From Candidatus Saccharimonadota bacterium (GTDB lineage: Bacteria > Pseudomonadota > Alphaproteobacteria > Rickettsiales > Anaplasmataceae), in contig CP085695.1 of assembly GCA_029715105.1 (NCBI GenBank), forward strand, positions 660,001 to 692,000: 32,000 nucleotides of DNA. Reading direction: 5' to 3'. The position numbers and the translations under genes were made by a program. A model generated the notes under the pieces. It did not search any database and was not told the origin of the DNA. It worked only from the letters and a program-made list of their open reading frames with translations. Within the stretch, counting starts at the first letter, position 1; each line of letters opens with the position of its first letter. Shown here in pieces: positions 1-10,494 of the stretch.

Positions 1-87
1 AAGCGCACCAATACTCGAAGCAACTAAACCTTTACCAAGAGAAGAAACCACTCCTCCTGTTATAAAAATAAACTTAGCTTTCCTCAT
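1..87 (-). CDS. pyrG: CTP synthase, first 29 codons only (gene continues beyond the left edge)
   Basis: Reverse-strand translation from the ATG at 87..85 gives [29 protein letters not shown], the canonical PyrG N-terminus (ITGGVxSxLGKG). It is missing from the ORF track because the window edge truncates it. Its ATG overlaps the secG stop (TGATG). Confidence 0.8.
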   Translation of the reverse strand, partial: MRKAKFIFITGGVVSSLGKGLVASSIGAL

Positions 88-410
88 CAATTATTTTCAA
101 AAGGAACAGAGGTATGTTCATATTCTTGTTTTTTTTCTAACAAGATTCTCTCTGCGATTGATTTTTTATGCGCACCTTTTGCGTATAATCCAGATAATAA
201 TAATGTATTTATAATAAATAGCCCCGCAACCATAACAGTTATTTTATTAAGCGAATTTACAGAAGATTTCATTTGAACAATTGAACTAAATCTCCCATGT
301 TGCGAATTAAAACCACTCAATGAACTACTCCCAGGAGGTTGAAAAAGCACTAAAACCACTAAAATAATAACTAATATTATTTGAAAAATACTCAGTATTG
401 TTATTGACAT
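87..410 (-). CDS. secG: Preprotein translocase subunit SecG (start moved to internal Met31 of the tracked ORF)
   Basis: From [34 protein letters not shown]... the protein has the SecG layout. That layout is an N-terminal TM helix, a Gly/Ser-rich loop, a second TM ([17 protein letters not shown]) and about 107 aa total. The upstream 30 codons of the tracked ORF look like read-through of spacer. A cat triplet sits at 408..410. Confidence 0.7.
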   Translation of the reverse strand: MSITILSIFQIILVIILVVLVLFQPPGSSSLSGFNSQHGRFSSIVQMKSSVNSLNKITVMVAGLFIINTLLLSGLYAKGAHKKSIAERILLEKKQEYEHTSVPFENN

Positions 411-1054
411 TACTACAGAATAAAAAATAAGAATTTTATGAGCATAAAATACACAAGTCAAGAAACATCTCTCTACTAATAATAAGGGAGTTAAACTCAA
501 ACAATAATGGGTGTAAGAATTTAATTTTCTTATTATTTTATTAAAACAATTCTAAAAACTCATCTTGATAAGATATATGACATTATATAATTATAAAATT
601 TCACCACCCTCCCATAATACTTATATATTTTTTAAATATATTTCCTCTCTTTATCCTATATTTTTAATTGGTCAATTTATAGTAAAATTATTAAAAATAA
701 TATCTCCATACACCCAAAGACAAACATACCCATTTTATGATGAAAGATAAACCCCGCTATAAATTTATTATATATATCATTTTATCTATAGGATTAAAGA
801 GCCAAAAACATTTGAAATAAATTAAAATAATAACTATTTAGTGAACCATGTAAAAGAAGATATTAAAATGAAACCTCTACACTTTTGAAAACAAAATTTG
901 CCGTCTATCATCTCTCTTCCTTGAAGAAAACTATCACACTCAATTTTCAAACGAAAAACTATACAGCATTAATTCTTTTCCAAACATTCCCTTTTTAAAT
1001 TCTATAAAAATAACACAATATTACCACTACAACACCTTATATTAGCCACAACTC

Positions 1055-1696
1055 TCAACACCCTAAATTTCTCTTAATAAACTCTACACCTATCTTTATG
1101 CCTTCTTCATTAATAATATGGCCTAATGCATGAATTTTATGACTCTCGACATTTACTCCATTTTTTCTTAAAAATTTGACTGCTAAATTAAAGAAAGAAA
1201 AATGTACTATATTATCAGCATCACCATGAATAATACACATATTTGGCCTTGATCTAATCTCTTGTGAAACCCTTGAAGGTGAAAGAAATCTACCAGAATA
1301 CGCAACAACCGATGCACAAGATTGAGGACGAACAAGAGAAGCGTGTATTGCAAGCATTGCACCTTGTGAAAACCCAATAAAAGAAAGTTGTCCATCATTT
1401 AAATTGAGTTTCTTTAATTTCATATCAACAAAATGATTTATTATTAATGCAGCATTTTTCACTCCATGATATAGTACATCTTCACTACGATCCTCTAAAC
1501 TAAACCATTGATAACCGTTATCTTCCCTTTTAAATGGAGCGTTTGGTGCTATAAAGCATGAATCAGGTAAAGACTTACTCATAATTTTAGCAAGATGAAT
1601 AAAATTATCCCCACTTGACCCCCATCCATGCAAACAAACAATTAAACTGCTTTTATTTCTACTATTACAAATTTCTGGACCCTTAAGTTCAATCAT
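1055..1696 (-). CDS. Phospholipase/carboxylesterase-family alpha/beta hydrolase
   Basis: 213 aa with the nucleophile elbow GFSQG (FIGFSQGAMLA). It also has the HGWGSSGDN oxyanion region, an acid residue in IIHGDADNIV and a C-terminal His (HALGHII), typical of the small esterase/lysophospholipase family. Confidence 0.75.
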   Translation of the reverse strand: MIELKGPEICNSRNKSSLIVCLHGWGSSGDNFIHLAKIMSKSLPDSCFIAPNAPFKREDNGYQWFSLEDRSEDVLYHGVKNAALIINHFVDMKLKKLNLNDGQLSFIGFSQGAMLAIHASLVRPQSCASVVAYSGRFLSPSRVSQEIRSRPNMCIIHGDADNIVHFSFFNLAVKFLRKNGVNVESHKIHALGHIINEEGIKIGVEFIKRNLGC

Positions 1697-2269
1697 CTTC
1701 TTATATGCGCTTATACGTATTTTATTTTATTGTAAAATATTTTGTATAAAATAAAAGTAAATAAAAATTATAATAAATAATATATCTCCTTAAGTGGAGA
1801 TTTATGGGCGTTTATATTTAAATAAATTTCAAAAATTTAAAACAAACAACAAAATTTAATACAATCTGGATCACTAAAATACACGCTTTTTAACACATAA
1901 AAAAATCAACCGACTCATATATTTCACCTATAAGTCTTTTATAAGGGAACGGATCCTCAGACTTAAAAGTCCAAAAACAAATTGTATTAAAATTTAGTTC
2001 TCTTAAAAAGCAGTATTCTATGCAAAAACAAAATGTTCAATATAAAATTGAAGTACCAAAAATATTAAAAGACTCCAAAATCTTGCATGAATGACTTTAT
2101 ACTATAAAATAAGTCTTTTCTATTCCATAAAAACAATATAAAATTACTTTTATACAAAAGAATGACATCTTATTTTAATATTTTAAAATTAAAAATAAGT
2201 AACCCCCCATACTTAAAACAAAAGCATAAAATCATTCTATTTAATTTTTAAGGGATTAAACATAACTTG

Positions 2270-3271
2270 TTAATTCTTCCTAAGACTATATTCTTTTTTT
2301 AATTTTTTATTTAAAAGTTCTAAAGTTGAATATAAATTACTATTGCTCGATAAACAAATCACTTCTTTATTAAGATAACTAGCTAAATAATTCTTCTTTT
2401 CGAGAATTTCTAATTCTTCATATAAATCACACTTATTTAATGCTACAACCTCCTCTTTCCTGATAAGATCAATATTGTAATACCTAAGCTCATTATGAAT
2501 ACAATTATATGCAGAAATAACATCATCTTGAGATATATCAATTAAATGAAACAAGATTTTGCATCTTTCTATATGTTTCAAAAATTTATATCCAAGTCCA
2601 GCTCCACGATGAGCATTGGGAATTATTCCTGGAATATCTGCTATTATAATTTCCCCATCACTTACTTTTGCTACACCTAAATATGGCCTTATTGTAGTAA
2701 ATGGATAATCGCCTACCTTCGTATCAGCATTCGAGCAACGAGTTAAAAATTTTGACTTACCAGCATTTGGCATACCAACAATACCAACATCGGCTAAAAC
2801 TTTTAACTTTAATAACACATACTTTTCCTCACCAGGCTGACCGTAAGTAAAACGCCTTGGCGCTCTATTAGTAGAAGACTTAAAATTCATATTCCCAAGT
2901 CCACCTCTTCCACCTTGTACTATTTGAAATTTCATTCCAGATTTATTAAGATCTACTATAACTTTCCCGCTTTCCATATTGATTATTTGTGTCCCAACTG
3001 GAATTTTAAGTACAATATCTTTCCCAGCTATACCGGACTTATTCCTATTTGCTCCTCTTTTTCCATTACTTGCTTTAATATATTTTCTATAACGAAAATC
3101 AAGCAAAGTATTAAGATTTATATCACTGATAAAAACTATATTCCCGCCCCTCCCCCCATTACCACCATTTGGACCACCAAATTCAACAAACTTTTCCCGA
3201 CGAAAACTTACACAACCATCACCCCCATTACCAGCCTTTAGATATAATTTGACTTCATCTACAAAATTCAT
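2270..3271 (-). CDS. obg: GTPase Obg/CgtA (start moved to [14 protein letters not shown])
   Basis: The N-terminal Obg fold signature is present ([26 protein letters not shown], GGxGG repeats). G1 is GMPNAGKS, G3 is DIPGII and G4 is NKCD. The ATG at 3271..3269 overlaps the eno 3' end by 17 nt. Confidence 0.9.
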   Translation of the reverse strand: MNFVDEVKLYLKAGNGGDGCVSFRREKFVEFGGPNGGNGGRGGNIVFISDINLNTLLDFRYRKYIKASNGKRGANRNKSGIAGKDIVLKIPVGTQIINMESGKVIVDLNKSGMKFQIVQGGRGGLGNMNFKSSTNRAPRRFTYGQPGEEKYVLLKLKVLADVGIVGMPNAGKSKFLTRCSNADTKVGDYPFTTIRPYLGVAKVSDGEIIIADIPGIIPNAHRGAGLGYKFLKHIERCKILFHLIDISQDDVISAYNCIHNELRYYNIDLIRKEEVVALNKCDLYEELEILEKKNYLASYLNKEVICLSSNSNLYSTLELLNKKLKKEYSLRKN

Positions 3272-4535
3272 ACAAACCATTACAATACTTAGCATTTCTT
3301 CCCAGCGCGCTCTCTATTCTTAACAACTCATTATATTTTGCAAGCCTATCAGAGCGTGATAATGACCCAGCTTTTATTTGTCCACAGTTCGAAGCAACTG
3401 CTATATGAGATATCGTTGTATCTTCTGTTTCACCTGATCTATGAGAAATAATTACTTTATAACAATTTGATTTCGCTATCTCAATAGCAGCGAAAGTTTC
3501 CGTCAATGTACCTACCTGATTTGGCTTGATTAATACAGCATTTGCAATTTTTCTTTTTATTCCTTTACTTATTAACTCGCAATTTGTAGCAAACAAATCA
3601 TCACCGATTAGTTGAATCTTATCTCCAAGTCTTATAGTAAGTAAACTCCAATACTCATAACTATCTTCACTTATTGGATCTTCTATAGAAATTAGAGGAT
3701 ATTTTTCCACAAGATCACAATAATATTTAACTACCTCTTCTGAAGAAAGCTCTTTATTTCTAAATTTATAAACTCCATTTTTACAAAAGGTTGACGAAGC
3801 TACATCAAGACCTAATGCAAAATGATCCTTTATCGAATAACCCACAGACTCTATGGCATAAATTATCAAATCAAAAACCTCCTCAACATTCTCAATATTA
3901 GGCGCAAAGCCTCCTTCATCTCCTACATTTACACTGTAACCATTCTTTTTTAGAATATTACGTAAATTATGAAACACTTCTGCAGACATTCTAATTCCTT
4001 CGCTAAAAGTCTCAGCCCCAATAGGAATAATCATAAATTCTTGAAAATCTAATTTATTATCCGCATGCACTCCGCCATTAATTATATTAAAAAATGGAAT
4101 CGGCATAACATTTGCCTGCTCTCCTCCTAAATACCTGTATAATGGTATTTTAAAACTATTCGCTACCGCTTTTGCGGTAGCTAGAGATACGCCTAAAATT
4201 GTATTTGCTCCAAGTTTTGATTTATTTTTTGTCCCATCTAACTCTATTAAAACATTATCAATCATGGTCTGATTCGTTGCATCCATACCAATAATTCTAT
4301 TCGCTATTACTTTATTTACAAGCTGAACAGCCTTAAGTATTCCCTTGCCAAAATACCTTTTTTCATCGTGATCTCTCAATTCTAACGCTTCCCTTTTACT
4401 AACTGAAGTCCCAGAAGGTACAGATGCCCTACCTATTGCTCCATCACTTAGTTCAATTTCTACTTCAATAGTTGGATAACCTCTGCTATCCAAAATTTCT
4501 CTTGCAAATACACTATTAATTATCTGTTTTACCAT
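3255..4535 (-). CDS. eno: Enolase (phosphopyruvate hydratase)
   Basis: Motifs [35 protein letters not shown] and [13 protein letters not shown] are present. I prefer the ATG at 4535 (MVKQIINS...), which is preceded by AAGGG about 9 nt upstream. The tracked ORF starts 2 codons earlier at a TTG. Confidence 0.92.
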   Translation of the reverse strand: MVKQIINSVFAREILDSRGYPTIEVEIELSDGAIGRASVPSGTSVSKREALELRDHDEKRYFGKGILKAVQLVNKVIANRIIGMDATNQTMIDNVLIELDGTKNKSKLGANTILGVSLATAKAVANSFKIPLYRYLGGEQANVMPIPFFNIINGGVHADNKLDFQEFMIIPIGAETFSEGIRMSAEVFHNLRNILKKNGYSVNVGDEGGFAPNIENVEEVFDLIIYAIESVGYSIKDHFALGLDVASSTFCKNGVYKFRNKELSSEEVVKYYCDLVEKYPLISIEDPISEDSYEYWSLLTIRLGDKIQLIGDDLFATNCELISKGIKRKIANAVLIKPNQVGTLTETFAAIEIAKSNCYKVIISHRSGETEDTTISHIAVASNCGQIKAGSLSRSDRLAKYNELLRIESALGRNAKYCNGLYEFCR

Positions 4536-4549
4536 AAACAAAACCCTTT

Positions 4550-6013
4550 TTATTTAATATAAAAAGCTGCAGTCTCTTTTGCCAACTTAACTATATTACT
4601 ACCAGCACCAATAAACAATACTATATCATCTGGGCTCGTAAAGTCATCAATAAAATGTGAAATAAGCAAAGCACTATTCATAATCTCAACTTTATTAAAC
4701 CCATTGTTAACTAAAGCTTTTTTCATATCATAAACTCCGCAACCAGGAATCGGCCTATCATCTGGGGGATGAACAGAAGTAAGAATAATGTAATCAAACA
4801 TCATAAAAACTCGTATAAATTCATAAAAAAAACTACGAATACGAATAAAACGCAGTGGCTCAATAATCCCTATCACTTTCTTTTTAGAAATAGAGCGTGC
4901 CGCTTTCAGAGTTGCATATATTTCGTTCGGATGATGAGCATAATCTTCGATTAATCTAATACCTCCTTTAATAAAAGCAATTAGAGAAAATCTCCTTGCT
5001 ACCCCCTTAAATCCCAATAGACCTCTTCTAATATCAGAATCACTAATCCCAAGCTTTATCGCTACAGATATTGCAGCTAAAGCATTACTAATCTTATGAA
5101 TACCAACTGCATTTGATAGTATCACATTTTTCATAATTCTAGTTCTTAAAATTAAACGATGAGATAATAATGAAACATTTCGTCGTAATAAATAATTACT
5201 ATATTTCTCTCTCTTTGTTATTTTTAGATTGGATAATGTAATCCAACTATTTTCATCAAAATTAATTGATACATCAAACCTTATACTATCACTGTACTGT
5301 TCTATATTACTAGCTCTTATATCACCATTCTTAAACCCAAATGTCAAACCATTATAATTAATACTCGTAGAATGAGGTGTTATAGCGAAATCTGCCTTAT
5401 TCACAAATTGAAAAAATGCATCTTTGATATTATCAAACGTACCATAGTAATCTATATGATCATTATTAATACTTGTTATAACGGCAATATTTGTAGGAAT
5501 TTTTAACATAGTTCCATCAGATTCATCTGCTTCAACTAAAAAAATATCACTCTTACCAAATTTTGAATTATTACGATAAGAATTTAATACCCCACCCACA
5601 ATTACAGTTGCATTAATTCCAGAATAATCAAAAATAGAAGAAATTATTGCAGTTGTTGTAGTCTTTCCGCTTGAACCAGAAACTGCTATTACATATTTAT
5701 CTCTCATAATCTCAGATAATATTCCTGATCTATGTAGAATGATTTTTCTATTATCCCTTGCAGCAATTAATTCTACATTATCAGATTTTATTGCCGAAGA
5801 ATATACAACTACTTTAGCTTGCTTAACATTATCAGCACTATGACCGATGTATATTTCTATACCTAACTTTTTCAGTCTATCTATATTATCGTTTGATTGT
5901 ATATCACTACCTTGAACTTTATAATTTAAATTATGAAGAATTTCGGCAATTGCACTCATTCCAATTCCACCTATACCAATTATATGTATTATTTTTTTTT
6001 TAATATCATTCAT
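4550..6013 (-). CDS. murC: UDP-N-acetylmuramate--L-alanine ligase
   Basis: Rossmann N-terminus [19 protein letters not shown]-loop [10 protein letters not shown], and motifs [37 protein letters not shown] and [10 protein letters not shown]. See the findings for an apparent basic insertion and softened C-terminal motifs. Confidence 0.85.
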   Translation of the reverse strand: MNDIKKKIIHIIGIGGIGMSAIAEILHNLNYKVQGSDIQSNDNIDRLKKLGIEIYIGHSADNVKQAKVVVYSSAIKSDNVELIAARDNRKIILHRSGILSEIMRDKYVIAVSGSSGKTTTTAIISSIFDYSGINATVIVGGVLNSYRNNSKFGKSDIFLVEADESDGTMLKIPTNIAVITSINNDHIDYYGTFDNIKDAFFQFVNKADFAITPHSTSINYNGLTFGFKNGDIRASNIEQYSDSIRFDVSINFDENSWITLSNLKITKREKYSNYLLRRNVSLLSHRLILRTRIMKNVILSNAVGIHKISNALAAISVAIKLGISDSDIRRGLLGFKGVARRFSLIAFIKGGIRLIEDYAHHPNEIYATLKAARSISKKKVIGIIEPLRFIRIRSFFYEFIRVFMMFDYIILTSVHPPDDRPIPGCGVYDMKKALVNNGFNKVEIMNSALLISHFIDDFTSPDDIVLFIGAGSNIVKLAKETAAFYIK

Positions 6014-6098
6014 ATTTACAGTAGATACTAACTACTAAATTTATTATAGTAAAATCTGAAATCCTCATAGTTTTGAATAAACCCTTTCTCCAAAATAA

Positions 6099-6773
6099 AT
6101 GAGAAAAAATCTAACTTTTTTATGCTTAATATTTGCTCTAATAAATAGTTGTAATTCTAGAAATAAATGTAACAGTACTTTAGGTTATTATAAAATTGGA
6201 AACAGCTATACTATAAATGGAATAACTTACCATCCTAAGTACTGCAATCAATATGAAGAAATAGGAGTAGCATCATGGTATGGAATAGAAGATCATGGTA
6301 CTCTTACAGCAAATGGTGAAATATTTGATCGCAATTCAATTTCTGCAGCACATAAAACCTTACCAATGCCATGTTTTGTTCTAGTTACTAATCTAGAAAA
6401 TGGAAAAAAACTCATAGTAAGGATTAATGACAGGGGACCATTTATTGATGGAAGAATAATAGACCTCTCAGAAAAAGCAGCAAAAATCTTAGGATTTCAT
6501 AAATCTGGACTTGCGAAAGTAAAAATTCAATATCTAAAAAAAATGTCAGAACGATTAATACAAAAAGCCCCACATTATAAAATGCAATATAAAAAAGAAA
6601 TGCAAAAATACCTTACAAAGCAAAACGGTACAGAAAACATAGGATATATTGCGTTTTTTGAAAAAGCTCAGATTGCTAAGTCTGTTGCATCAAAACTTCG
6701 TAGTCAAGGAATAAAAAATGTTAGATTACTTTTTAAAAATAATAAATATTGCGTAAGAGTAAATTATAAATAA
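6099..6773 (+). CDS. rlpA: Septal ring lytic transglycosylase RlpA-family lipoprotein (DPBB + SPOR domains)
   Basis: Lipoprotein-type signal peptide MRKNLTFLCLIFALINSC. DPBB core ASWYG...HGTLTANGEIFD...AAHKTLPMPC...V.NLENGK.LIVRINDRGPF. C-terminal SPOR-like segment (GYIAFFEKAQIAKSVASKLRSQGIKNVRLL). Confidence 0.8.
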   Translation: MRKNLTFLCLIFALINSCNSRNKCNSTLGYYKIGNSYTINGITYHPKYCNQYEEIGVASWYGIEDHGTLTANGEIFDRNSISAAHKTLPMPCFVLVTNLENGKKLIVRINDRGPFIDGRIIDLSEKAAKILGFHKSGLAKVKIQYLKKMSERLIQKAPHYKMQYKKEMQKYLTKQNGTENIGYIAFFEKAQIAKSVASKLRSQGIKNVRLLFKNNKYCVRVNYK

Positions 6774-6993
6774 AAGCGGCGCTATAATTAAAGTAAATCA
6801 TTTTAGTAAAGTAAAATAAAATTACAAAAACTTTACAAAATAAAAACACTTAATAATAAGCACTAATTGTTCACTGTTGCAACAATTACAAAGTCTTAAA
6901 ACCTCAAAGTCTCCTATATAAATTAACCATACCAAATTAAGTTATAGCTAGAAACTTTTTTATAATAAAGAAGTAATCCACATAAGCTAACTT

Positions 6994-7015
6994 ATTTCTC
7001 TTCAGAGAAATTTTT
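6994..7015 (+). terminator. Candidate intrinsic terminator about 220 nt downstream of rlpA
   Basis: Inverted repeat atttctc-ttca-gagaaat (7-bp stem, 4-nt loop) runs straight into a TTTTT tract. The stem is AT-rich and distant from the stop codon, so this is weak. Confidence 0.3.
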
Positions 7016-7959
7016 AAAAACAAATAAAATAATATAATATAAAATTTTATAAACTTATGATTAAATTCATAATTTTATGAAATCTACAAAACCTAATTAA
7101 TAAAACAAATAAATAAAAATCAATACTAATTAATTTAGTTATAAAATTAAATAAAATTTTTATAAATCATTCTTTCAAAACATTACAACTTTTACATGCT
7201 GCAAAATAATACTATTTATATCTCAGATATATAAATACAATTAAATCTACAAATCAAAACTAATCGTGAAAACTTTCTATATTATAATAGAACAACAAAA
7301 AATCAAAACTTAAAAAGTTTTACATACACATATAAACACTAAAAATTTGAGTAAAATCAACTAATCTTTACAAACTCTCTCACTTACTTTTTATAATTTT
7401 AATCTTCTAAAATTCATTTATTAAAATAAATACACCTCTTACAGACAGAAACATTTTCTAAGGTTCAGCAAATAAAACTTAATATATATTAATAATTAAT
7501 TTTAAAATCAAAAATAACATATAAACAAAACAATTCTTTTAAAACACACTTTTCATTGCATTTACACATTTACTAATTTGTATTTCAGAAATTATCTATC
7601 TTAATATAAAATTATTATAACACACATTATACTAATAAAAACCTTTCATTAGAACTTCAATTATCTATAGAATAAACTTACCTTATCCTTTCTACCAGAA
7701 TCACATATTTAAAATAAAACTTATAAAAACCTTTTTTAATTGATTAAATATTTCACATACTCATTTACAAAATAAAATTAAAAGATAAATTTTTATCAAT
7801 TCCCTCGATTGAATCAATAATAATTGAAATAGCATTTCTCACTTTAAACAACATTTAATTAATACCTAAATTAAATACTCTAATTAAATTGAAAGTTTTT
7901 CCAATAACAATAAAATCTCTATTGCAAAATTATAAATTTTGACCTATATTCCTGCATAT

Positions 7960-8991
7960 ATGAGATATAAAATTGCTGTTGTTGGAGCAACAGGAAAAGT
8001 AGGACGTGAAGTACTAAATATACTTTCTGAATTCCAAAATGAGGAAAAAATTTCAATAGATTCTATTGTCGCACTCGCATCAAAAGAGTCAGATGGAAAA
8101 AAAATAAGCTTTGGTGAAAGAGAATTAAATGTCTTATGTCTTGAAAATTATAATTTTTCTAAAACTGACATAGCAATTTTTTGTTCTGAAGCAGATGTTT
8201 CTAAAAAATATGTACCAATTGCAACTAAAACAGGATGTATTGTAATAGATAACAGTTCTTATTTTAGAATGAAAAGTGGCGTACCATTAATTATTCCAGA
8301 AATTAACAAAAAAAAAATCATAGGATATAAAAATCACAATATAATATCTAGTCCAAATTGCACTGTAATACAAATGCTGTTAGCATTACACCTACTGCAT
8401 CAAAAAGCAAAAATAAAAAGAATTGTTGCTTCAACTTATCAATCAACTTCAGGTGCAGGTAAGGCAGCAATGGATGAACTTTATTATCAAACAAAAAAGA
8501 TCTTTATGAACGAAAGTAAAAAACCAGAAATATTTCCTAAGCAAATAGCGTTTAACTGTATCCCTCATATCGGAGAATTTATGAGAGATGGTTCTACAAT
8601 AGAAGAATGGAAAATGCGAGAAGAAACAAAAAAAATTTTAGAAGAAAATATAAAAGTTACTGCAACTTGTGTAAGAGTTCCAGTTTTTATTGGTCATGCT
8701 ATGACAGTAAATGTAGAATTTCATCGAGCTATAACTGAAGAGCAAATTTATAAAGTACTATCTGAAGAAACAGAAAATAACGGAGTTTTAGTATATGATA
8801 GACGAGAAAATGAAAAGTACGCAACTCAAATTGATGTTGTACAAGAAAATGCTGTGTATGTATCACGCATTAGAAAAGATAATACCATTAAAAATGGATT
8901 GAATATGTGGATAGTAACTGATAACTTACGTAAGGGTGCGGCATTAAACATGGTTCAAATCTTTGAAATTCTAATAAAAATATTACAATAA
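7960..8991 (+). CDS. asd: Aspartate-semialdehyde dehydrogenase
   Basis: Motifs are KIAVVGATGKVGRE (NADP site), SPNCTVIQM (catalytic Cys), STYQSTSGAGK and RVPVFIGHAMTVNVE. I prefer the in-frame ATG at 7960 (MRYKIAVVG...) over the tracked TTG at 7939. Confidence 0.9.
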   Translation: MRYKIAVVGATGKVGREVLNILSEFQNEEKISIDSIVALASKESDGKKISFGERELNVLCLENYNFSKTDIAIFCSEADVSKKYVPIATKTGCIVIDNSSYFRMKSGVPLIIPEINKKKIIGYKNHNIISSPNCTVIQMLLALHLLHQKAKIKRIVASTYQSTSGAGKAAMDELYYQTKKIFMNESKKPEIFPKQIAFNCIPHIGEFMRDGSTIEEWKMREETKKILEENIKVTATCVRVPVFIGHAMTVNVEFHRAITEEQIYKVLSEETENNGVLVYDRRENEKYATQIDVVQENAVYVSRIRKDNTIKNGLNMWIVTDNLRKGAALNMVQIFEILIKILQ

Positions 8992-9506
8992 TTTTATTCA
9001 ATCCCTGTAATTTATTTCATTACATTGATAGAAGATATATTATTCAATTGCAAAATATTCATTGTAATTTTACAAAATTAACCACTCTCGCTAACTTTAA
9101 GTTAATAAAGATGATTTTTGATAATTCAAATATAAACAACTCTATCAAATGATAAAAATCCCAACATTCTAGTTCTATTAATTCATTAAAATAACAAAAC
9201 CAATATTTTATATCTATCTCCTCTAAGAGAGGAATCAAATTCTAATATATTTTAACCAAAAACTACCCATATAATCTTTATACTTACTTATATATACTTT
9301 TTATTTCGTTATTTTGTTAATTATATTTAAAATTATAACAATAATCTTCAATTCCCCATCCATCATTAACATTTATTTAATTTATATTTCAAATTTTCAA
9401 AAATCTTAACACATTTAAGTTCCTTATTCCATTAAGGTTCTTTGCATTAAAATGCAAGACATCATAAATAAATGGCATATATATAAAATTATCAAAATCT
9501 TTCTAA

Positions 9507-10364
9507 TTATAAATTTTTAACTCTAACACCATCATTATCACGTTGAAACTTCACCACTGGCTCTACAGTTACTTCTTCTAGTTTATGAAACTCCTCTAGT
9601 ATTGAAGCTTGAAGATTATTTGATAATTGTTCACCAGTTACCCAATAAATCAACTCATCAAATGACAAACTACTTGATTCTAGATCTGTTTCTAATAACA
9701 TATTATCATAACATTCTTCCAACATTAAAGCACAATTAACCGCAAAAGTTCCTACCACATGTTGCTGATTATCCTTTTTTTCTAAAATCGCAGAATTTGG
9801 AAGTAAACTAGCAAAACTATTTAATGCTGAAAATTCATCTGTAGGCTTTTTCCTCTGCCTTAACTGCCTGCTATCTGTATTAGAATGCCTCACAACGGAA
9901 GAACTTTCTGCTTCAAAAGCATTACTAGCATTACTTTTTGAATAAAAACGCTCTAAAATATGCTTAGCTCCAACCGTAGATTTTATCTTTAAATATTTTT
10001 TATAGTCCTCCTTTTGTTGAGAATTCAACTGATTAAATAAAGTCCTAAATAAAAAAGTAGATTGACTAGCAATAACATCGAGCGTATTAAATGCAAACCC
10101 ATTTCTCTCCCTAAATAAATCATATAATACACTAAGCGCTTCATCTCTCTTTATTGAACTCAATATACAATACATAGCCTTAGCATTACATTTCATTATC
10201 GTTGTACGGAGGTAATGTTGCTTGTAATGATAACCGAGCTCATAAAATACCTCTCTAAATTTATTTATCTGTCCTCTATGAACTAATCTATTCAAATCTC
10301 TTACTATTTTATCATATACATTATTGCCACCATTACGCATTTTTTTACTATCATTACTCAGCAT
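9507..10364 (-). CDS. Hypothetical protein, no recognisable domain (285 aa)
   Basis: This is a long uninterrupted ORF in a stop-codon-rich AT background, with a normal mixed amino-acid composition. I see no signal peptide or TM segment. It has a helical-looking basic N-terminal half, a Ser-rich linker containing RQLRQRKKP, and an acidic C-terminal part. No family was recognised by eye. Confidence 0.55.
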   Translation of the reverse strand: MLSNDSKKMRNGGNNVYDKIVRDLNRLVHRGQINKFREVFYELGYHYKQHYLRTTIMKCNAKAMYCILSSIKRDEALSVLYDLFRERNGFAFNTLDVIASQSTFLFRTLFNQLNSQQKEDYKKYLKIKSTVGAKHILERFYSKSNASNAFEAESSSVVRHSNTDSRQLRQRKKPTDEFSALNSFASLLPNSAILEKKDNQQHVVGTFAVNCALMLEECYDNMLLETDLESSSLSFDELIYWVTGEQLSNNLQASILEEFHKLEEVTVEPVVKFQRDNDGVRVKNL

Positions 10365-10494
10365 TAATTACTATAAATTTCTACAAAGAAATCAATAAAA
10401 ATAAAATGACCAATTATTATTTTAGCAGTTATAAAAATCAATTCCCCTACCTAAAGAGAACATAAACAACCCTCACTAATTCCTATTATTAACA

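Noticed and set aside
565-750. Intergenic tracked ORFs 565-750, 11571-11771, 22346-22540 (Lys-rich, 64 aa) and 23822-24049
   Set aside because: They are short and use non-ATG or unsupported starts. Their Ile/Lys/Tyr/Phe-dominated composition mirrors the AT-rich spacer, with no SD sequence and no motif. ORF 11571-11771 also overlaps the 5' end of prfA.
1207-1398. Tracked ORFs lying inside and antisense or out of frame to well-supported genes: 1207-1398, 2915-3241, 4769-4954, 13716-13940, 17403-17765, 17991-18212, 20625-20825, 21543-21857, 28074-28379, 29730-30152 and 30998-31207
   Set aside because: Each is fully embedded in a confidently identified gene. Their compositions are low-complexity or hydrophobic, typical of shadow frames in AT-rich DNA, and none shows a recognisable motif.
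6974-6982. DnaA-box-like 9-mers (taatccaca at 6974, tgtggatag at 8897 inside asd) as a hint of a replication origin
   Set aside because: These are isolated one-mismatch hits, not clustered. The compositional skew does not switch anywhere in the window, which argues against an origin here.
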